A DNA stretch of 16,882 nt from Deferribacterales bacterium (GTDB lineage Bacteria > Chrysiogenota > Deferribacteres > Deferribacterales > Geovibrionaceae): positions 1 to 16,882 of the forward strand of contig JBFWJG010000049.1 in the NCBI GenBank assembly GCA_050253335.1, written 5' to 3'. Positions within the stretch are counted from its first letter, which is position 1, and every line of letters begins with the position of its first letter. The translations under genes and the position numbers were made by a program. This document shows, one piece after another, positions 1 through 6,611 of this stretch. A model generated the notes under the pieces. The model worked only from the letters and a program-made list of their open reading frames with translations. It was not told the origin of the DNA and did not search any database.

Positions 1-144
1 ATCCTTTATGCCGATGTTCGGGAAAATATCCTCGACGGTTACGCACTCGTTCTCGACAGTGATTACATTTGCCGCATGAGCGGAAAAAGATGCCGCCATG
101 AATACCGCAGAGAGGATAAGGGTCATGATTTTCCTGTTTTTCAT
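1..144 (-). CDS. flgA: N-terminal part of a secreted protein, probably flagellar P-ring chaperone FlgA (runs off the window)
   Basis: Manual translation from ATG at 144: MKNRKIMTLILSAVFMAASFSAHAANVITVENECVTVEDIFPNIGIKD..., with a Sec signal peptide (AHA cleavage site) and GGAG RBS at 151-154. Identity inferred mainly from the conserved order flgF-flgG-flgA. Confidence 0.6.
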   Translation of the reverse strand, partial: MKNRKIMTLILSAVFMAASFSAHAANVITVENECVTVEDIFPNIGIKD

Positions 145-159
145 ATCATACTCCGTTTA

Positions 160-948
160 CTAGCGTTTAAGGTTGTTGACTATCTGGAGCATATCATCTC
201 CGGTCTGAACAGCTTTTGAGCTGATTTCATAAGCTCTCTGACCTGTGATCATCGCCACCATCTCTTCCACAAGGCTTACGTTGCTCATTTCCAGAATGTT
301 CTGGGCTATCACGCCGAAGCCTTCCTCCCCGGGCACGCCCACCTGCGGATCACCGCTGGCTCCCGTTACCAGATAGAGGTTTTTACCCATTGAATGCAGA
401 CCCGAAGGGTTTATGAAACGGGCAAGCTCTATGGCGCCGATTTCCGTGGGTTCTTCATCCCCGGGAAGAACAACGCTCACCGTGCCGTCTTCGGCGAATG
501 AGATCTCCGTTGCGTCCTCGGGAACCACTATGGCCGGTTCGAGAAGATAACCGTTCGGGGTTGTTATGTTTCCGTTTCCGTCTATCTGAAACGCTCCTGA
601 ACGGGTGTAGCCTATGTTGCCGTCCGGCAGGGCTATCTGGAAATAGCCGTCCCCTTCGATTGCCACGTCCATTGTGTTTCCGGTGTACTGGAAGGAGCCC
701 TGAGAATGTATTTTCTGTATGGCTGTAACTTTTGTGCCGAGACCTATTTCTATGCCCGTGGGGTGTTCCAGCCCTGCGGCGGTAATTGCGCCTGCCCGCC
801 TGACTTCCTGATACATAAGATCGTCAAACAGCACTCTGGATTTTTTGAAACCCACGTTGTTAACGTTTGAGAGGTTGTTTGCGATTGTGTCCACATTTGT
901 CTGCTGAGCCGTCATGCCCGTGGCGGCTGTCCAGAGTGTCCGCATCAT
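160..948 (-). CDS. flgG: Flagellar basal-body distal rod protein FlgG
   Basis: MMRTLWTAATGMTAQQTNVDTIANNLSNVN, FDDLMYQ, YTRSGAF, LEMSNVSLVEEMVAMITGQRAYEISSKAVQT; 262 aa. Confidence 0.97.
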   Translation of the reverse strand: MMRTLWTAATGMTAQQTNVDTIANNLSNVNNVGFKKSRVLFDDLMYQEVRRAGAITAAGLEHPTGIEIGLGTKVTAIQKIHSQGSFQYTGNTMDVAIEGDGYFQIALPDGNIGYTRSGAFQIDGNGNITTPNGYLLEPAIVVPEDATEISFAEDGTVSVVLPGDEEPTEIGAIELARFINPSGLHSMGKNLYLVTGASGDPQVGVPGEEGFGVIAQNILEMSNVSLVEEMVAMITGQRAYEISSKAVQTGDDMLQIVNNLKR

Positions 949-960
949 GTTATATGCTCC

Positions 961-1725
961 TTACACCGCTTTACCGACGGTGTTGATTGCTGTTCCGTTG
1001 ATTGAATCTATGCTCTGAATTACTTTCTGATATGTTTCAAAGCCGCGCATTGCGTCTATCATGCGCACCATTTCCATTACCGAGTTAACGTTGCTGCCTT
1101 CGATATATCCCGCCGTCACACCGGGGTTTTCCGCCTGTTCGGGGATTGTGTTCACCGCGGCGTAAAGGTTGTGTCCGACTTTCTGGAGGTTGTCCGTATC
1201 CTCAAAAAAAGCTATGCCGAGCTGATCCACTGCCCCGCCGTCCACAAGGATTACTCCTGTTTCGCTCACTGTATAATTATCCGGCAGGATAATCGGCTGA
1301 GGGTTGGCATCGTCTATGTTGGAGAGGACAGGGTAGCCTTCCGCCGTGACAAGCTGGTTGTCCTGATTCACAGTGAAGGCGCCGTCACGGGTGTAGCGGA
1401 TCCCGAAAGGAGTTTCCACCGTGAAGAATGTATTGGGGTCAGACAGGGCGAAGTCTAGCTTGTTTCCTGTTTCCCTCAGATAACCGATGGAGAAGTCTGT
1501 TTTGTTTTCAGACATTTTTACTGTGGAGTTCATGGCTTTATTGTAATCCGTTGTGCGGATAAAGTTCTGCGGGAACTCGTTTTCCGTCGGGAAATATTCC
1601 GTGAACACCGGCACGTCCTTTTTATAGCCGGCGGTATTCACGTTGGCTAGGTTGTTGGCGATGTTTTCCACCCGCCTGCTCTGCATCATGAGGCCGCTGG
1701 TGGCTACATAGAGTCCGTTCAGCAT
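961..1725 (-). CDS. flgF: Flagellar basal-body proximal rod protein FlgF
   Basis: GLYVATSGL, IANNLANVNTAGYK, YTRDGAF, IEGSNVNSVMEMVRMI; directly upstream of flgG. Confidence 0.9.
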   Translation of the reverse strand: MLNGLYVATSGLMMQSRRVENIANNLANVNTAGYKKDVPVFTEYFPTENEFPQNFIRTTDYNKAMNSTVKMSENKTDFSIGYLRETGNKLDFALSDPNTFFTVETPFGIRYTRDGAFTVNQDNQLVTAEGYPVLSNIDDANPQPIILPDNYTVSETGVILVDGGAVDQLGIAFFEDTDNLQKVGHNLYAAVNTIPEQAENPGVTAGYIEGSNVNSVMEMVRMIDAMRGFETYQKVIQSIDSINGTAINTVGKAV

Positions 1726-1728
1726 ATT

Positions 1729-2583
1729 CTATTCCCCCTGTGAGGATGTTTCGTTATCAAGACTTCTGAGGTATTCATCAAATTCCTTCTGCCACTGGGC
1801 TTCTTTTCTCATTGTTTCCCCTTTCTGCTCAAGCTCGCTGATCTCCCGCTGTTCGGCTTCGGCGGCCTTTCCTGCCTTTTTCGCCTCGGCACGCTCCTCC
1901 ATGCGTTTTTCAAATTTTTCCATCTTGGTCACGGGGATGCCGTATGCTCTGGGGAGGGCAACGGCGAACATCTGTCCCATTGCCTTCATGGAAAGGGTGC
2001 TGGAGGGGATGGCGTTTTTCGCCGGATAGTACCAGAAGTTGGAATCGGCTCTGCTTTCAAGGGTGATCACGCTGGAGAAAACGGGTATGTCGCTCTTTGT
2101 CATTATGCTCAGCACGACAGTGCTTGAGTTCTTGTCATAGCTTCTCTGAACACCTTCGTTAATGCGGGAAACGATTATGTAGTCCGCCTGCTGTATTTTG
2201 TCGGTGACTCTGCCCAGTTTGGAAAGCTGAAAATAGTTCCGCATCATCCTTCCGGTTTCCTCATCGTAATATGTTTTCCCTTCCCTTGTGATTCTGGCGG
2301 GGAGAATGTAGTATGTCTTTCCTATGGGGAGCGTCTCGTGCGCCTGAGCATAGAAAGTTGTCACCTTCTCTTTTGTTTTGTCGAAAATGAGGGAGGATAT
2401 GTTCGAGTTTGCCTCAAGGCTTATGAGGACAAACAAAACACCCGAATCCAGACGGGTTGTGAGCTCTATAATCTCCGTCAGGGTGTCGTCAATGCTTGAG
2501 GCCAGTTTGCCGGGGTCGGTCACCTTGGATGAACATCCGGCAAATAAAGCAAGCGCAAGCAGCAGGGGAAATATTTTCTTCAT
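1729..2583 (-). CDS. Uncharacterised lipoprotein, first gene of the flgF-flgG unit
   Basis: Start re-assigned to ATG 2583 (GGAGGA RBS). MKKIFPLLLALALFAGC has a lipobox; charged helical C-terminus; stop codon is 3 nt before the flgF ATG. Confidence 0.8.
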   Translation of the reverse strand: MKKIFPLLLALALFAGCSSKVTDPGKLASSIDDTLTEIIELTTRLDSGVLFVLISLEANSNISSLIFDKTKEKVTTFYAQAHETLPIGKTYYILPARITREGKTYYDEETGRMMRNYFQLSKLGRVTDKIQQADYIIVSRINEGVQRSYDKNSSTVVLSIMTKSDIPVFSSVITLESRADSNFWYYPAKNAIPSSTLSMKAMGQMFAVALPRAYGIPVTKMEKFEKRMEERAEAKKAGKAAEAEQREISELEQKGETMRKEAQWQKEFDEYLRSLDNETSSQGE

Positions 2584-2607
2584 CCTATCCTCCGTCACTG
2601 AGGTATA

Positions 2608-2624
2608 ATCAAGAAACATGCCAA
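2608..2624 (-). promoter_or_regulatory. Putative sigma54 (-24/-12) promoter of the flagellar unit
   Basis: Minus strand TTGGCATGTTTCTTGAT: GG-N10-GA, matching TGGCAC-N5-TTGC in spacing but with A for C at -12; 24 nt upstream of the lipoprotein ATG. Confidence 0.5.
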
Positions 2625-2646
2625 TATCCTGTTAATGAGGTGATTT

Positions 2647-3468
2647 ATGCTGGAATTCGTCATTGACCGCAAAAAATGCCGCAGGTGCTCGCTCTGCATG
2701 GAGGACTGTCCTGTGGGGGTTATAGAGAAGGACGGAGAAGGTTTTCCCGTTATAGCGGAAGAGAAGGAGGAAACCTGCATCCGATGTCAGCACTGTCTGG
2801 CTATCTGTCCTGACGCCGCCCTCTCGATCCTCGGCAAAAAACCGGAGGACAGCATGTCGGTCTCGGATATGCCCACTGCGAGGCAGACAGAGGCGCTAAT
2901 CCGCAACAGGCGCTCAGTGAGGCATTTTAAGAAGAACGATGTGGAGTTTGAAACGATCCGCTCTCTTCTCTGTGTCACGGCAAACTGCCCCACCGGGGAG
3001 AACAGGCGTTCTCTCACCTTCACCATAATAGACAACCGCGCTGATATGGAAAAGTTTGTAACGAAGGCTTACGTTCTGCTTGAAAAGAGAGTGGAGGAAG
3101 GCACTCTGCCCGATGAGTTCAGGTTTTACGCAACTCTTCTCAAAAGATATAAAGGCGGCAGGGATATCATTTTCCGCGGTGCGCCGCACCTCATAGTCGC
3201 TTCCGCCCCTAAGGGGGAGGGAACCCCCGCGGCCGACTGCTATATAGCACTCAGCTATTTTGAACTGTACGCATATAGCCTCAAGGTGGGCACTGTCTGG
3301 CTCGGATTTCTGGCGTTTATGTTTGAGTTCATGCCGGAGATAAAGGAGGTTCTGGGGATTCCGCATGATCACGAAGCGCCCTATGCCCTTCTTTTCGGCA
3401 AAGCGAAATATAAATATCCCCGAGGAGTTCAAAGGGACGATTTCAGGATAAATCGGCCGGAGTTTTGA
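2647..3468 (+). CDS. Nitroreductase family protein with N-terminal 2x[4Fe-4S] ferredoxin domain
   Basis: CRRCSLCMEDCP and CIRCQHCLAICP motifs; RRSVRHF FMN-binding motif; GTVWLG; GAGGTG RBS. Confidence 0.92.
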   Translation: MLEFVIDRKKCRRCSLCMEDCPVGVIEKDGEGFPVIAEEKEETCIRCQHCLAICPDAALSILGKKPEDSMSVSDMPTARQTEALIRNRRSVRHFKKNDVEFETIRSLLCVTANCPTGENRRSLTFTIIDNRADMEKFVTKAYVLLEKRVEEGTLPDEFRFYATLLKRYKGGRDIIFRGAPHLIVASAPKGEGTPAADCYIALSYFELYAYSLKVGTVWLGFLAFMFEFMPEIKEVLGIPHDHEAPYALLFGKAKYKYPRGVQRDDFRINRPEF

Positions 3469-3476
3469 CGTATATC

Positions 3477-3512
3477 TTGAAAAGCTCTGAAATTAGCTCT
3501 ATATTAAGCTCT
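3477..3512 (+). promoter_or_regulatory. Sigma70 promoter of the TA operon with overlapping direct-repeat operator
   Basis: TTGAAA (3477-3482), 17 bp, TATATT (3500-3505); AGCTCT at 3483, 3495 and 3507. Confidence 0.7.
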
Positions 3513-3528
3513 GCATATGAGGTGAGAT

Positions 3529-3780
3529 ATGGATGTTATTTACGCTGACTATTCAGTAAGTATGTCTGAGTTTAAGAAAAATCCGGCAGAGGTGCTCCGT
3601 AATGCAGGTGAAAAACCTGTGGCGGTGCTGAGTCATAACCGCCCTGCTTTTTATATGGTTACTCCGAAAATGTTCGAAGCTATGCTGGAGGAGATTGCTG
3701 ATAAAGAGCTTATAAGCAAGGTTAGAACAAGGTTAGAAAGCCTTGCGGATGCGGTTGAGGTTGACATTGACAAAATCTGA
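3529..3780 (+). CDS. Type II antitoxin, Phd/YefM family (StbD/YafN-like)
   Basis: SVSMSEFKKNPAEVL...PVAVLSHNRPAFYMV...EAMLEEIAD; 83 aa; GAGGTG RBS; overlaps the toxin start. Confidence 0.92.
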   Translation: MDVIYADYSVSMSEFKKNPAEVLRNAGEKPVAVLSHNRPAFYMVTPKMFEAMLEEIADKELISKVRTRLESLADAVEVDIDKI

Positions 3781-4086
3781 AGCCAATCCGCCGTATAAAC
3801 TGAAATTTCACCCGGAAGCGCTCAAAGAGTGGAGCAGGCTTGACGGAGGTGTGAAAAATATTTTTCGAAGACTGCTGAAAAAGAAGCTGACCAATCCTCA
3901 TTCCCCGGGTTCCGCACTGCACGGAGAGCTCAAATACTGCTACAAAATCAAGCTGCGCAAGCAGGGGTACAGACTTGTTTATTATGTTGAGGATGACAGC
4001 TTTTTGTTATCGTGATCGCTATAGACAAGCGTGAGGAATCAGCCGCATATAAATCTGCTCTGGCACGTCTTCCGGAGACAGATTGA
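3767..4086 (+). pseudogene. RelE/StbE-family toxin, frameshifted near 3998-4005
   Basis: TTG 3767 after GAGG. YKLKFHPEALKEWSRLD...CYKIKLRKQGYRLVY stops at TGA 4013-4015, while the expected C-terminus FVIVIAIDKREESAAYKSALARLPETD* continues in the -1 frame to 4086. Confidence 0.85.
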
Positions 4087-4108
4087 TAGCGGCATACCAC
4101 CCCAGTTC

Positions 4109-4480
4109 TTATTTGTAGGGTACATTCTCCTCATAATGGCGGAGAAATTCATCTATAAGATGCTTGTCCACATCGGAAATTTTGGTGAATTTGAACGCAA
4201 CGAAGCGTTTTTTGGAGCTCATTTCGTCCTTGTTCGCCTCAATGCGCCAGACAACGGCGTGGGCATGGACAACATCCTTCACACCGTGGTTGGGAAACTG
4301 TATCTTCGCTTCGTAGTCGTCATATATTTCAAAAGATACGCCGGTGTTGGAGAGAAATCCGCCGATGCTGACATCGACAAGCTCCACAAGGGTATATTCC
4401 CCGTCCTTCTTTAAATAAAGCTTGAGAGGCACACCGCTGTATCGTTTGTGTCTGCGGCGTTCCTGTTTCTTTTTGTACAT
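4109..4480 (-). CDS. Single-domain PilZ protein (c-di-GMP receptor)
   Basis: ERRRHKR (RxxxR) and DVSIGG (DxSxxG) motifs; VVW...VAFKF beta-barrel tail; 123 aa. Confidence 0.88.
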   Translation of the reverse strand: MYKKKQERRRHKRYSGVPLKLYLKKDGEYTLVELVDVSIGGFLSNTGVSFEIYDDYEAKIQFPNHGVKDVVHAHAVVWRIEANKDEMSSKKRFVAFKFTKISDVDKHLIDEFLRHYEENVPYK

Positions 4481-4594
4481 GGTTAATCCCCGGATAAAAA
4501 TTGTGTGGAAATTATTATGACATTTAAAGGATAAAGTTTCCAGAAGAATAATGGGTATGAATAAGAATTATCATGAAGCTCTGTAACCCGCATT

Positions 4595-4629
4595 AAAAAA
4601 GCCCTGCGGAGAAAACTCGCGCAGGGCTT
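4595..4629 (-). terminator. Rho-independent terminator after tRNA-Met
   Basis: Minus strand AAGCCCTGCG-cgagttttctc-CGCAGGGCTTTTTT. Confidence 0.8.
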
Positions 4630-4638
4630 CGATATTAA

Positions 4639-4712
4639 TGGCGGTACAGGGAATTGAACCCCGGACACTGCGGATATGAGCCGCATGCTCTAACCATCTG
4701 AGCTATACCGCC
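4639..4712 (-). tRNA. tRNA-Met (CAT), elongator type; CCA not encoded
   Basis: GGCGGTATAGCTCAGATGGTTAGAGCATGCGGCTCATATCCGCAGTGTCCGGGGTTCAATTCCCTGTACCGCCA. Acceptor stem GGCGGTA/TACCGCC; anticodon arm TGCGG-CTCATAT-CCGCA; GTTCAA T-loop. G1-C72 is paired and there is no GGG/CCC anticodon stem, so it is not the initiator. Followed by TTA. Confidence 0.93.
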
Positions 4713-4784
4713 TTATATCGGGACTGATTTATTAAACTATTTTCACGTCCTAGTCAACGTAATTTTATCTTTGTCCGTAATTTT

Positions 4785-5261
4785 TTAAAGGAAATTTTCC
4801 GAAAGCGAAGCACTGAGGATTCCGGACAGCCTCTCTTCAAGTTTGTACATCCTTTCAGACACTGTTTTCGCCACAATCCACACAAACTTGCCGAAGAGCA
4901 CCGGATGTGCCGTCTTCATCTTCTCTAGCCCTTCAGGAGAGACAGAGAGCAGGATGACCTCTGTGGAGGCTGCGGCGTTTGCGGAGCGGGGATAGCCTGT
5001 CAGGATCGCCATCTCGCCGAAAAAATCGCCCTCCTTGAGGTTGTTGAGGAAGATGCACGTCTGCTCGTTGACATCCTTGGATATTCCCACTTCTCCCTCT
5101 GCTATGATGCAGAACTTATCGCCTTTGTCCCCTTCCCTCAGGATAATATCTCCGGCAGAGTATGATTCCTTGGTGAAATAGTTCAGGAATTCTTCCATTT
5201 CCGCAGCGGAAAAATCGGCGAATTTGGGATTTTTTTTCAGTATCGCAGCACTTGTTTTCAA
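4785..5261 (-). CDS. Stand-alone cyclic nucleotide-binding domain protein (no HTH)
   Basis: ILREGDKGDKFCIIAEGEV, FFGEMAILTGYPRSANA phosphate-binding cassette, C-helix; 158 aa; TTG start. Confidence 0.88.
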   Translation of the reverse strand: MKTSAAILKKNPKFADFSAAEMEEFLNYFTKESYSAGDIILREGDKGDKFCIIAEGEVGISKDVNEQTCIFLNNLKEGDFFGEMAILTGYPRSANAAASTEVILLSVSPEGLEKMKTAHPVLFGKFVWIVAKTVSERMYKLEERLSGILSASLSENFL

Positions 5262-5271
5262 CTTAGCACCT

Positions 5272-6099
5272 TCAGTTATATTTTATGCCGAGGCTGTCCG
5301 CTATCTCAGTGAGGGCGGCCTTTGCTCCGGTCTGTATGAACACATCCGGTCTGCATACCCTCAGGGATGATTCGTCCGGATTTACGGTGATTATTTTACA
5401 GCCGGATGCCTGCAGGCGCACGGCAAGATAATCGTTGGTGGGTATGCTTCCGCTTGAGCCTATGAGAAGCGCAACGTCAGGAACGCCCGAACGGTCCATG
5501 AAATCACGGAAGTTATTGTACTGATAGGCGTGCTCCACATAGTCAAAATCGCCGAACATAAGCACATTCGGCCGCAGAAGACCGCCGCACTTGGGGCATA
5601 TTGGCAGCTTTGAGGCGGTCATGCTCTCGCTGTTCAGTTCGCAGAGCGGCACATCGTCATTTTCTTCGTATGTGTAGCTGCACCCAAGCCCCGCCATGCA
5701 CTGCAAACGCCATATGCTGCCGTGGATTTCATAAACATGATCGGCGGATGTGCCTGAGATCATGTGGTAGCCGTCTGTATTGGTGGTGTGGATGAAAGAG
5801 CTTCGGAAGTGGTTTTCGATGAGGGCGTTTATGACTGCGTAGCCTTCGTGCGGCCTGTTTTCGCGGGCGTTGCGCCTGCGCCATTCGTAAAACGCCCATG
5901 CGTGGGCGGGGCGGACTTTGAAGCTTCTGGGGTTTGCGAGATCCACCGCCTCAAGGTTGAGGTGCCTGTAAGCGGGAAAGTTCCGCCAGTAGCCTTCTTT
6001 GTCCCTGAATGTGGGGATGCCCGATTCGGCGCTCATCCCTGCACTGGTGAGGAAAAGGCAGGTTTTTGCGCCGTGAATGATCTCCGCTGCTTTGTCCAT
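5272..6099 (-). CDS. Sir2/sirtuin family NAD-dependent protein deacylase
   Basis: SAGMSAESGIPTFRD, TTNTDGYH, EIHGS (catalytic His), QCMAGLGC and CPKCGG Zn ligands, LRPNVLMFGD, IGSSG, VNP. Start chosen at ATG 6099 rather than TTG 6132. Confidence 0.92.
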   Translation of the reverse strand: MDKAAEIIHGAKTCLFLTSAGMSAESGIPTFRDKEGYWRNFPAYRHLNLEAVDLANPRSFKVRPAHAWAFYEWRRRNARENRPHEGYAVINALIENHFRSSFIHTTNTDGYHMISGTSADHVYEIHGSIWRLQCMAGLGCSYTYEENDDVPLCELNSESMTASKLPICPKCGGLLRPNVLMFGDFDYVEHAYQYNNFRDFMDRSGVPDVALLIGSSGSIPTNDYLAVRLQASGCKIITVNPDESSLRVCRPDVFIQTGAKAALTEIADSLGIKYN

Positions 6100-6112
6100 G
6101 GAAGCACCGCCG

Positions 6113-6151
6113 TTTTTTGGTAATTTTACCAAAAAAATCCCGCTATTTCCA
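6113..6151 (-). promoter_or_regulatory. Putative internal promoter with palindromic operator upstream of the sirtuin
   Basis: Inverted repeat TTTTTTGGTAA-tt-TTACCAAAAAA (6113-6136). Minus strand TGGAAA (6151-6146), 17 bp, TAAAAT (6128-6123) with an extended -10 TGn. Confidence 0.55.
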
Positions 6152-6610
6152 GTGAGCTCCTTCCGCTTCGAGAAGTTTTACTTTTTTATGTACTCCGCTG
6201 GAATAGTTTCCGAGGGAATCCGAACGCACAACCCTGTGACAGGGAACGATAAGCGGATAGGGGTTTGTTCCCATTGCCGTGCCCACTGCGCGTGCGGCGT
6301 TTCTGCTTCCGCTTATTTCGGCGAGTCTGCCGTAGGTGATCACCTCTCCCTTGGGGAGGAGGAAGAGATTTTTATAAACCGTTTTATGGAAATCACTTCT
6401 GCCTTCAAAGACAAGTTCGTCAAACTTCAGCGGACATTCGCCGTCGGGGTATGATTCCAGATAGGCGCATATTGCCTCATGTTCTTTTTTAACAGGCGCA
6501 GTGTCGAACTCCTCAGGACGTATGAGGCAGACCTCCATGAGCCTGCCCGCATCGTCAAACACGGGGAAAACATCGCCTATGTGCCTGTTGGTTAAGTGAA
6601 CCATGTACAT
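6143..6610 (-). CDS. ogt: Methylated-DNA--protein-cysteine methyltransferase (Ogt/MGMT family)
   Basis: TYGRLA, AARAVGTAMGTNP, active-site PCHRV, KLLEAEG. Confidence 0.9.
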   Translation of the reverse strand: MYMVHLTNRHIGDVFPVFDDAGRLMEVCLIRPEEFDTAPVKKEHEAICAYLESYPDGECPLKFDELVFEGRSDFHKTVYKNLFLLPKGEVITYGRLAEISGSRNAARAVGTAMGTNPYPLIVPCHRVVRSDSLGNYSSGVHKKVKLLEAEGAHWK

Positions 6611-6611
6611 A

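Noticed and set aside
4031..4414. 127-aa plus-strand ORF after the toxin
   Set aside because: Antisense to the PilZ gene, no recognisable motifs, and not in the frame of the toxin C-terminus.
4483..4686. 67-aa ORF
   Set aside because: Overlaps the tRNA and its terminator; shadow ORF.
4639..4712. tRNA as initiator fMet or Ile2, or as an integration site
   Set aside because: Paired G1-C72 and no triple G-C anticodon stem exclude fMet. The acceptor stem and loop look like elongator Met (Ile2 not formally excluded). No duplicated 3' end or integrase was seen.
5272..6099. Sirtuin as an anti-phage NADase (Thoeris/DSR) or macrodomain-linked SirTM
   Set aside because: Retains the Zn-binding module and catalytic His of deacylases; no TIR, macro, HerA or Argonaute partner nearby.
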